The notes under the pieces are model-generated. The model was not told where the DNA came from. It saw only the letters and a list, made by a program, of their open reading frames with translations, and did not search any database. 64,000 nucleotides of DNA from Carcharhinus longimanus (taxonomy: Eukaryota): assembly GCA_030264375.1 (NCBI GenBank), contig JASCQW010000081.1:49871772-49935771 (forward strand). The letters are read 5' to 3'. Made by a program: the position numbers and the translations under genes. Each line of letters begins with the position of its first letter. The first letter of the stretch is position 1. Below, piece after piece: positions 38,101-50,100 of the stretch.

Positions 38101-41100
38101 ACATAACTATTGGTATAACCCTGATGAAACCATCCAAAGTGTCCGATTTAAATCACATTTTCAAATGGTTCCGGGCGAAGCGCGATTTCCCAGAGGACGT
38201 TAGCACATGCGGGCACTTGCCATGCAATCCCTTATCTGTAAAGTTCCAAGGGGGATTCTCCAGCTCATCTTTGGGGTAGCCCCCAATCTGATGCTGGAGA
38301 GTTTAGAACTTTGAAGCCCACAATGGCTATAATGGTAAATGAAAATGTTACACTGATGGATTAGATATGTTCGTGGATACAGTCTACAGAGGAAGTTTTA
38401 ATCATCATTTGACTTGTGCTATATCCCACATGAAGAGGCAGAAATTTAAATACAATTATGATAGAGTAGAATGTATCAAGAATATTCCTCACAAGTTTGC
38501 AAAAAACCAAAATTAATGGAAAATCCCAAGCTTGAAAGCTACACCAACTCATACATTATTGGCAAGTAGGGCAAAATTTTACCAGCCCCTGCGTGCTTGT
38601 CCCATTGCTATCTGGAAGCAAGACAGACCATGTGAATAATTGGAGGCCCAATTGATAGCCATTTTTCCAAGCCTTCCAGGGGCTTTTGGGAGAGGCTCCA
38701 ACAGCAATGCTCAGTGAAGAGTTGACCTTCTGAGCACTGGGGCATGCTAGTCTGGCCCTGGTAGAAACATGAACTGACTTTCTCACTTGCAAGGCTGCTG
38801 CAAAATGGAGACATGCTCTCATTCTTCCTGCAGCCTCAGCAGTGGCTATTTCTCTCAGTAATGCTACCATGGCCTTCAGACTAGGCCAGTAGCATGGAGC
38901 AACTTGGACTGTGGACCTCGCGACGGACAATTAAAAGACTGCCACCAGGAAGATTGTCACTTTGGTCCGCTTGGGTGGGCTTAGAACCCACATGTGGTAC
39001 CAATATTGGGATTTACCCTGCTGGTAAATTCCCAGCTGTAATTTTTACTAAAATGGAACTGTGTTGAAATTAGAAATAAGAAATAAAGTATACTTTAGCA
39101 TAAAATTAAATCATTTTAATACAATTAAAAAGGAGAAAAATAAAGTCAACAATATCCAAAACTTCACCTCAAGTGGGAAATCCTTTGTTGTGATATCCAC
39201 AAATGATTGGCAATAATGCGGATCCATGTAAATCAAACTGTCATCTTGAAGGACAAAACAGAAGATAAAAAATTCAAAACTACCGAATGAGACATTTTCT
39301 TCCAATCTCATCCCTCCAGTTTGTATAATGAGTCAAATAATGCCCACATATCATCCTTTCAACACTGTTTGCTGTTTAAAACTTATTTTCAGACAAAACT
39401 GCATTCTGTATTGCAAAATTGTGCTGTTCAAGCAAATATTTTACATAGCAATTCCAATCTTATTTAAAATTTTCCAAAAATTGTTTATATTAAAAAAAGG
39501 TCAGTAAACGAACTGTACATTGCTGAGCGGCAGTTTGACCTACTGGCAATTAGTCTCAATGCTCTCTATACAATGGGAGAGGAAGGAAATCAGCCACCAT
39601 CCAATGACTCATGGTGAAAAGGTTGCATTCAGAGATGTCAAGAAAGAACAGGGTCTGTTTCAGCTGACTAACATGTAGAGAATGTTGACTCACTTAAGAC
39701 GTTGGAGGCAACAGTACATTTCAAGTTTAGAATCCTGCTCTAGGCATTCTCTTGGGTCTGATGATGCTAAACACCCTAAGCATTTAGTTTAAGGAATCCA
39801 AATTTACAGAAAATTATAAATAAGAAGCATAGTATAATAATTGAGGACCAAAGAAGATTTCAAGAATAACATGACTGAATGTGCAAAAAAAGGCATATTG
39901 ACTGACATTGTATTCCATGTGAATTAAAACATTTTTGTTAGAATTAGCAGTAGTGGCCGCAAGAGATTCCAGGATGGTATGTAGTCTCCCTGGTGCTAGG
40001 GTCAAGGATGTTTCAGAGTGGATGCAGGACAATCTGAAGGGGAAGGCTGAACCGCTAGTTGTCATGGTACACATTGGTATAAATGACAGAGGTTTAAAAA
40101 AGGATTGAGGTTCTAAAAGCAGAATATAGGGGGTTAGGAAGTAAGCTGAAAGCAGGGTGTTTATGAAGGATTTAAACTAATATGGAGGGGGGGTGGGGAG
40201 GTAGCTGGGAGAGAGGCGGGTGAAAGGAAAANNNNNNNNNNNNNNNNNNNNNNNNNNNNNNNNNNNNNNNNNNNNNNNNNNNNNNNNNNNNNNNNNNNNN
40301 NNNNNNNNNNNNNNNNNNNNNNNNNNNNNNNAGGGTGATGTGGCGGCGCAGGCTTGTTGGGCCGAAGGGCCTGTTTCCCGTGCTGGGTTGTTCTTTGTTC
40401 TTTGTTCAAAGGTAATTATCTCAGGTTTATTATCAGCATTATGTGCTGGTCAGAGCAAAAAACAGCAGGACATATAGTATGAATTTGTGGCTGAAGAGAT
40501 GGTGTGAGGGGGAGGATTTCAAATTCCCAGGACATCGGGACCGGTTCTGGAAGAGGTGGGACTTGTACAAAGTGGACGGGTTGCACCTGAGCAGGACCAG
40601 GACGGATGTCCTTGGGCAAAAATGTTTAAGGGGGTAGTAAACAGTCTACCAAACTGTTATGGTAATGTTGGGAATAACATTAGACAGGAAATCAGAGATG
40701 CATGTGATAAAGAATCTGCATATAGATTGGGTGAGTCAAATAAGTCTCAGTACAATAGAGGAGGAATTTCTGGAGTGCATATGGGATGGTTTTGGATCAA
40801 AATGTTGAGGAGTCAACCTTGCACTGGATATTGTGCAATGAGAAAGGATTAATTGTGAGAACCCTTGGGGATGAGTGACCATAATACGATAGAATTCTTT
40901 ATTAAGGTGGATCAAGTGAGGTAGTTGATTCTGAGGCCAGGGTCCTGAATCTCAATAAAGGTAACTATGTTGGTATGAGGCATGAGTTGGCTATGAAAGA
41001 CTGGGAAATATTATTGAAAGGAAGGATAGTGGACAGGCAATGGCAGGCATTCAAGGAACAAATGGGTGAACTCCAGAAGTTGTTTATTCCTGTTTGGCAC

Positions 41101-44100
41101 AAGAGCGGTAAGGGAATTGTGGCCAAACCATGGCTTACGAGGGAAATTAGAGATAGTATTACACTCAAAAAAGCATACAATAAAAAGCAATAGACGTCAG
41201 GATTGAGAGCAATTTAAAATTCAACAAAGGTGGACCAACAGATTGATTAAGAAGGGGAAAATAGAGAAAGTAATCTAGCGGGGAGCATAAAAACAGACTG
41301 TAAAAGTTTCTGTAAGTATATAAAGAAAAAAAGATTGAGAAAAACTGAATGCTGAGCCCTTACAGTCAGAAATGGGGGAATTCATAATGGTGGCCCTGGA
41401 GAATTGATCTACAAGCTTGCAAGTGAAGGGATGTCAGGTTACAGCTGTTATGTTGAAGTTGAAATATCAACTGTGGGCCAACCACAAACTAACCAAAAAA
41501 AAGCTCCATGTGTACTCAGCTTGTGTTCTCAGCAGTCTCCTTTACAGTAACAAGGCATGGACAACTTACACAAGCCAACAAAAGCGGCTGAACAGCTTCC
41601 ATCTCTGTTGCTTCAGCCAGATACTGAACATTTTCTGGCAAGACATATTATTGAACATGAAAATACACCAATATGCAGGTTTCCCTTACATGTTTGAACT
41701 CTTGAGTTAGTGGCAACTGCATTGTCTGGGTCATGTCAGCCAAATGGATTATGGCTGCGTCCCCAAAACCATATCTTGTCTCCATCCACCTGCCTTGGAT
41801 CGTTATTCTTATGATCTTATCTGGTGAAAATTTCTCAGGTTTAAAATTAATTAAGCTAGCACCCACTGCTTTTTGCAAGAAAGAATTCAATACTTCTACC
41901 ACTCTTTATGTCATAAAATCCCCACAGTGTAGGAGGCGGCCATTTGGCCCATCAAGCCTATACCAACAATAATCCCATCCAGGCCCTATCCCCCTAACCC
42001 CACATATTTACCCTGCTAATCCACCTGACACTAAAGGACAATTTAGCATGGCCAATCCACCTAACCTGCACATGTTTGAACTGCGGGAGGAAACCAGAGC
42101 ACCTGGAGGAAACCCACTCAGACATGAAGGGAATATGCAGACTCTTCACAGATAGTCACCAAAAGTGAGAACTGAACTCAGGTCCCTGGCACTGTGAGGC
42201 AGCAGTGCTAACCATTGTGCCATGTGATTCTTCTGCCAAATGCCCTGGTTTTGGTGTTAAAATTATGTCCCCTTATCCTAGACTTCCCTCACCAATGGGA
42301 ACAAAATCCCCTCTGTCTTCTTTATCAAATCCTTTCAAAGTCCTAAAAAATGATTAACTGAAATTTGTCTTTAACCTTCTATAGTACATTAAAGCAATAG
42401 AATGAGGGAATTATAAGTTAGGGAAACAGAGAGGCTTGTCTGCAGCCACAGACTTGATTCCAGGATGGTACGTTGCCTCCCTGGTGCCAGGGTCAAGAAT
42501 GTTACAGTGCAACTGCAGAACATTGGAGGTGGTAGGTGGCCTACATCTGCTCCTGTTTCATATGTTTGTATGCAGAGGTTATGTGTAGGAAGTCAGATAA
42601 GATCCTGCCGGCAGATTTTAGGGAGCTAGAAAAGAAATTAATAAACAGGAACTCTCCAGATTAGTCTCAGTGTCACCTGAATACAGAAGTAGGAGGATCA
42701 TGCAGATATATGGCTGGAGAGGTGATTAGGAGATAGGACATTAGATTCCTGGAATATTGGGGTGGACTGTGCGGGAGGTAGGAAATGTATAAGCTGGAAT
42801 GACTGCATTTGGACCAGGACCAATATCATTGTCTGGAGTAAAAGCAAAAGATCTGAAGAAGAGCCATTTGGATGTAAGGNNNNNNNNNNNNNNNNNNNNN
42901 NNNNNNNNNNNNNNNNNNNNNNNNNNNNNNNNNNNNNNNNNNNNNNNNNNNNNNNNNNNNNNNNNNNNNNNNNNNNNNNAGCCATTTGGATTTGAAATGT
43001 TAACTCTGTTTCTCTCTCCATGGATACTGTCAGACCTGCTGAGCTTTTCCAGCATTTTCTGTTTTTATTTCACAGTCTGGAAGTTTCCTGCACTGTTGGC
43101 TGGAGGGAAGGAGGGAGCTCAAACCAGACTGACAGGGGAATGAGAATCTGAGCGGAAATTCAGAAGGGAGAAAAACGAAGCTGGAATGCAAGACAAAAAA
43201 CTTGTCAGTGTAGCAGGCAAAGAAAACAAAGGCTAGAATATAGACAAGGAATCGGACAATGCCAAATGGTATATACTTCAATGCAGGGAGTCTAGTGAAA
43301 AAAGCAGATTAACTAAGGGCACATTTTGGCACTTGGGAGAATATCGGAGCTTTTACTGAAACATGGCTTAAAAGAGAGCGTATGGCAGCTCAACATTCCT
43401 GGTTACAGGATTTTGTAATAGTCAGTTTTGGTGTAGAGGCCAATGCCTTTCTGCAGCTGGCACTGATGAATAGTATAGGTTCAAGGTCAACTGGTGTTNN
43501 NNNNNNNNNNNNNNNNNNNNNNNNNNNNNNNNNNNNNNNNNNNNNNNNNNNNNNNNNNNNNNNNNNNNNNNNNNNNNNNNNNNNNNNNNNNNNNNNNNNN
43601 NNNNNNNNNNNNNNNNNNNNNNNNNNNNNNNNNNNNNNNNNNNNNNNNNNNNNNNNNNNNNNNNNNNNNNNNNNNNNNNNNNNNNNNNNNNNNNNNNNNN
43701 NNNNNNNNNNNNNNNNNNNNNNNNNNNNNNNNNNNNNNNNNNNNNNNNNNNNNNNNNNNNNNNNNNNNNNNNNNNNNNNNNNNNNNNNNNNNNNNNNNNN
43801 NNNNNNNNNNNNNNNNNNNNNNNNNNNNNNNNNNNNNNNNNNNNNNNNNGTCCCCTCGAAAGCTTGTGAGTATTATCAAATAAATCGGTTGGACTAAAAC
43901 CTGGTGTTGTCAGACTTTTTATTGTGTAAGTTGTCCATGCCTTGTTACTATAAAGGAAGCTGCTGAGAATACAAGCTGAGTACACATGGAGCTTTACTTT
44001 TGGTTAGTTTGCGGTTGGCCCGCAGTTAACATTTCAACTTCGACAGTTGCGGCCTGACATCCCTTTACTTGCAAAGCTTGTAGATCAGTTCTCCAGGGCC

Positions 44101-47100
44101 TGTAAGGAGCTCGACTTGACAATCAGCATCAGAAAGACAAAAGCTATAAGCTAGAATGTACAGACTCCACCTTCTATGTTGATAACAGCTTTACATATCC
44201 TGGATCAACAGTTAGCAGGAACCTGCTTGAAATCTACTATGGACCCCAAAGCAATCAGAGCTAAACAGAAGAGCAAATATATAGGCAATATTCTGAGAAT
44301 TACAACAATAGCGCAGTGATTGTTGGAGGTTTCAACCACCTTAATGTTAACTGGAATGGAATTATGTAAACAGTATAGAGAGTTCCAAATTTTCAAAATG
44401 CATGAACGATGCATTTTGAAAATTCATTTTTTCGCTAGTACAAAGCAAGAGAAGGGGATTAGTTTCAGGGAATGAAGCTGAGGAGATAGGAGGACGATCA
44501 GTGGGAGTGCATTTTAGTAACATTAATCATAATTCAGTTCGATTTAGCCTAACCAAAGGACAAAAATAGACCTGGAGTAAAAGAATGGACATAGAAACAT
44601 CAACTTAAACGTAATTCAGTGATAGACCAATGGGAGGCATTCAATAAGAAGATAAAAAGGCGTTCTGTTCCTACAGAGAAAAAGGACGTGACTCTTAAAT
44701 CTAGAATCCCTTGGATGTTGAGGAGTTGAAGGAGGACAGGTAGTTTGAGAATTGGGAGAGCAGTCAGGGGGTGTGGAAGAGGGAGCTGGGGGGGCTGAAA
44801 GGGCCGTAAGGGGGGGTTTGTGGAGGGTCGGGGGAAGTCCTGTGCCGTTCCGGCTAGGCCCTNNNNNNNNNNNNNNNNNNNNNNNNNNNNNNNNNNNNNN
44901 NNNNNNNNNNNNNNNNNNNNNNNNNNNNNNNNNNNNNNNNNNNNNNNNNNNNNNNNNNNNNNGGTCGGGGGAAGTCCTGTGCATTTCAGGCTAGTCAATA
45001 GTAGCTACCCAGGAGTTCGGATCATAAAATCGTAGAACCTCTACAGTGCAGAAAGAGGCCATTTGGCCCATTGAATCTGCACCGACCACAATCTCACCCA
45101 AGCTCTATCCCCACTTATTTACCCTACTAATCCCCTGACATTAAAGGATAATTTAGCATGGCCAATCACCTAATCTGCATATCTTTGGATTATGGGAGAA
45201 ATCTGGAGCATCCGGAGGAAACCCACGCAGACATGGAAGAATGTGCAAACACCACACAGACAGAATTGAAAGTGGTTTTAGTTGTTCTAGGTTATCCTGG
45301 GAATTACTGCCGTAAGACAGACTTCCAATGGAAGTTTGAACTTACTGGGCAACTGCTGTGCAATCTTTACTTGGGGACTTCCTTGGGGAGGCACCAGTGC
45401 TTTTTGGGGTCCCCACACTGGACATGATGGCCCCAAAGCTTAGATGTTATAGGCCATTGAGTCTGTCTTCATGAAAGATGAGTAAGATACAGACATTGTA
45501 TTTAAGCAGGAGTGGTGTGTAATATTGGAGCTCATAAAAACTGAAAGATAGGAAATATTAGGTTTAGATGAAATGTATTCCAAGCTGTCAAAGAGAAGCA
45601 AAGGAAGAAATAGTAGAGGCTCTGACCAACATTTTCCAATCCTCTCTGGTTACAGATGACAAAGGACTGGAGAGCTGTCGATGTTATTTAAAAGGAAGGA
45701 AAGGGATAGATCAAGTAACTGCAGGCCAGTGAGCCTAACTCCAGTGATGGGCAAATTATTGAACAAATTGTTTGCTGGAGCAGACGAGTGAAGGAGCAGA
45801 GAGAGATAAGATTTTACCTGTTAAAAACCTGTTTAAATAAGTTNNNNNNNNNNNNNNNNNNNNNNNNNNNNNNNNNNNNNNNNNNNNNNNNNNNNNNNNN
45901 NNNNNNNNNNNNNNNNNNNNNNNNNNNNNNNNNNNNNNNNNNNTTGAATGGCGGGGCAGGCTCGAAGGGCTAGTTGGCCTACTCCTGCTCCTATTTCTTA
46001 TGTTCTTATGTTCTTAAATCATGGTGAATTTATTAAGAGAAGGTCCTATGTGACTAACTTGGTTGAATATTTTGAGGAGGTAAGAAGGAAGGTTGATAAG
46101 GCTAAAGCATTTGATGCAGTCCAGATTTCAGAAGGTGTCAGACAAAGCTCCAAATGGCAGACTAGTTAGAAAAGTAAAAGTTTGATCCAAAATATTGTGA
46201 ATACAGGAAATCTGAAATACAAAACAGAAAATACAAGAAATACTCTGTGGAGAGAGAAACATAGTTAACATTTCATTCTAATAAAAGGTCATAGACCTGA
46301 AATGTTAGTTCTTTCCATAAATGCTGCCAGACCTGCTGCGTATTTCCAAAGCTTTTGATATGGAAACAAATAGCAATGCTCAACATACCACCCTAACTTG
46401 GAACTAAATCACCATTCCTTCACTATTGTTGGGTCAAAATCCTGAAATCCCTTCCTAACACCACTCTGGATGGTCTTACAATACGTGGAATGGTGATTCT
46501 CCCAACCCGCTGTACTGCTCTAGCGGTGCAACAGGCTGGGAGACTCAAGTGAAGGTCATGTAGCGGGCACCCCACTGGGTGCCACAGTCTCCGCGACTCT
46601 CCAGCCGCCAGTTTTCTGGCGCCGTCAGCTCCGTGCCAGAAATCGGCATGGAGCTGAATAAATTATTTAAATTAGAATTACCATCCCATTAGTGGGCCCG
46701 GTTCTGAAGTTTCCAAACCCACTAGCCCCTCTGCCCCTGCCAAGAGCGTTTCACTCCAGCGGAGATTTAGAACAGTTGTCTGCTAGCAGCCCAGGGGCTG
46801 GGGGGGAGGGACCATCAGGGCAGGGCCAGACATGACCTGGGGCCCAGCAATCGGAGAGTGAACGGCTCTGCAAGCCAGTGATCCACAGTTGTTGGGCTAG
46901 CCAGCAATCGGGAGGCTGGCAGTGCGGCGTGCACGTGGCGCTCTCCGCTCTGACAGATCAGCACATGCGCATTGGGCCTGCTCAGCACTATACTGCCAGC
47001 TTCTTCAGCAGGAAAAGGCAGCACCCTCTGATTTTTAATGAGATTCACGCTAATGCACTCCCTGGTGCTTGGAGTGTGGGTGATTCATTTTGAAAATCCT

Positions 47101-50100
47101 GCTGAAAAATAACAGCGGGATTTACTCTAGTTTTTACGAGAATTTGACACTTTGAATTTTTTTGGGAGAATCCCACCCGTGTACTGCAGAAATTCAAGAA
47201 GGCAGCACACTCCTACCTTCTCACGAATGGGCAATAAATGCTGGCCCAACCAGCAATGCCCAGGTCTCGTGAACAAATTTTTAAGAAGTGTCTGAACATG
47301 AAACCATATCAAATATCTTCTGGGAGTTCACATCAATAGACATTCCCCTGTTGACTATTTTAATTAATTCCTCAAAAAAATACTTTTTTTGTAAACTGAG
47401 CTGGCCATTCATGTCTTTCAAATTGCATCTTGTTTAAAATATTGATGGAGCATAATACATTGTTACAGTAATATATTTGATATTTAAGTAAGGTTGCTTT
47501 TTACCAGTTTCTGTCTACCATAAAAAAGAGGTTGCTCTTTGAATCACTACAGTCCTGCTGATAGTGTTGTCAGAAATTCAGAGTTATTGACCCAGCAATA
47601 ATGAAGGGATGACTATATCTGGTCAAGACAGGGCTATCTGATTTGGAATGGAATCTGGAGAGGCTGGTGCTCACATTACATTCCTGTTCTTGTCTTTCTT
47701 GATGATAGAGATCATGGGACAAGCACACATTTTTGGAATCCATAGAATGATACAGCTCCTGATATATCCTTATACACTTCTGAGCGAACAAGGGTTGGTC
47801 TCCAAATGAGGAGTTAATGGGAGGACTGAGAGATGTGATCGGCCAGGATGTTGCAGACTGTGATCACAATTTTGCTCCTGTTTATTGATCACCATACCTC
47901 ATGGATGTCCAATTTTGGACTGCTACGTGCGTCTTTAGTCTACACTACTTAACACACAGTAGTGTTGCACTACACAGTGGTGAGTGTCCTCAATGAGAAG
48001 ATCAGACTTTTGTCTTTACAAGAATAAGGATTGTGAGGTGGTCATCTCTACCAGTACTAGTGTGGACAGACCGGTGAGGTTAAAGTAAACTAAGTTCCTT
48101 CAGCACCTGATGCAGTGTTGGTCAGACAGCCATAACTTTGGGTACAATATATTGCACTACCAATTGGATGGGTGGGTGAGGTTAGGAGATGTAGAGGCTT
48201 TTAAATGGTAAGCTTCATATGTATTTAGTGAGCCTATCCAACTGTATGCTCCCAGTAGGTCTACCTTGCTTGATGAAACAGGACACACCCAGGGATAGTG
48301 ATGGAGCAGTTCAGTGCATTTGCTGATAGATGATTTTGAGTATGATGGTCAGCTGATTGTCTGACTTGACAGATCTCCTAACAGAGGCACCATAAGTATT
48401 CACAGGGTTGACTAGGGTTGGGATTATTGGAGTCTTGTCCTAACGATTGCTGATAAGCACATTTAACATTTCTCTTATCCTTGTGTTCTATAGTGATTGT
48501 TCAAAACTGAACTTCATGTTGGATCACTTTAGCTGGCATTATGATTCAGCCACATATTGAAAGATAGGAGTCAAGTCAAGGTAAGACTGGGTAGCGCAAC
48601 CAAGTTTTCTCCTATTACACGCATTAATGAACCAATGGATTTTTGCAACGGACAGTTTCAATGGCCATTTTCTCTACTCCAAGCCTACAGACTACCGTAT
48701 TTATGAACTCAAAATTCTTGTGTTATTAAAACTTGGAATTGAGTGCTAATATTTCAGTAATCCAACTTTAAATGCCAAAAATGGTTCTTTTTCTACAATT
48801 TTTAAAATTACTTTCCTGCAATTTTTAGTCAGCTTTTCTATCGTCCTTGCCTCCTTGCTGGGAATTCCAGAGATGTTGGTAACTTCCAGTGATTTACTTA
48901 TATAGATATTATTCATGTGTAATGAGAACGAATTCAGCAGGCAATTTGATGACAAGGAAAACAAAAGCAATGTATATCCTCCCTTCATACTATGCCTAAA
49001 TATTCCAATTTCTAAGAATCAGAGCTTTAATCAGTGACTTGAATGATTTCTACTCCTTAATCCAGAAGCACAGAGGCCAATTTAGCATCCTTGCACTAGT
49101 TAATTTAACACAACCCAGGGATCAGACCAGGAATATTCCTGGTGTGTGTGGCTCAGTTACTGACTGGATAAACTTGTTAAGCCATTGGGAGACCTATTAC
49201 AGCAGGAGTGCCCAAGGTATTTATCTTGTGGGCCATTTTGGTTCAGACACGAAGGCACACACAGCTTTCCATTCATCTGTGGAAATCTCAAGTGCTGTCA
49301 GTGTCAGACCTCAGTGTCATGATTTACCTATTAATGAAGCAACAATACTAGAAAGAACTTGTTACAAACCTAAAAGTTCAAATAGGACAAAACTGGGAGT
49401 AAGAAATATAAAGGCAAATACAAATTGCTTTAGATTCTTGAGCCAGATAGCCAGTGCTTGCAGGCCAAACGTGGAATAGTTTATTTACAATATTAATGCT
49501 AAACCATACTAAAATTAACTCCAAAAATTTTCAAGATTAAAATAACATATATACCCTTTTTTCTTACTCTTTAGATTTTCCAATTTAAAAAAATCTTTAA
49601 TTTCACTTTGTTCCTGCTTAATATATTTGTTTTCCTTTTGTGTTTTGGAAGGAAGATCAAATTAGAAAAATATTCTCAATTGATTCAAAAGGCACTTTTC
49701 AAATAATTTTTAAAAATTCAGGATTAACATGTCTGTGGATAGTTAATATTTAACATATTCCTCAATCCTAAACAGAAGGCTACTGCTATTTTATAAGTAT
49801 GGTTGTCGGTGAGCTCTGAAGGAAGGGTAGACTATGTGAATAAACTCATTTTCAGCCTATCTTAGTACCAACATTAGTCTTTTTTGGTTGCATTAAATCT
49901 GTAAAAGTTATTTATCATTGTGCATAATTTTGAAATGTTATGCTAAATTATGTATATATTATTATTGTAAAATTCACACCAAAACATCATATATTAGGAA
50001 AAAGTTGACATTTTTTGCATGATATCATTATGTCGGAAATGATATTTAGATATTCTATCCTCTTATTCCTGCAGAACACAAGATAGCATATTTTCAGTTC

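Noticed and set aside
39930-40640. SGNH/GDSL esterase-like peptide
   Set aside because: ORF1 of CR1 LINEs, decayed and present twice in the window; not a host enzyme.
49039-49479. 146-aa ORF in an ATG4C intron
   Set aside because: Non-ATG start, begins within an LF-SINE-like remnant, no recognisable domain; consistent with chance.
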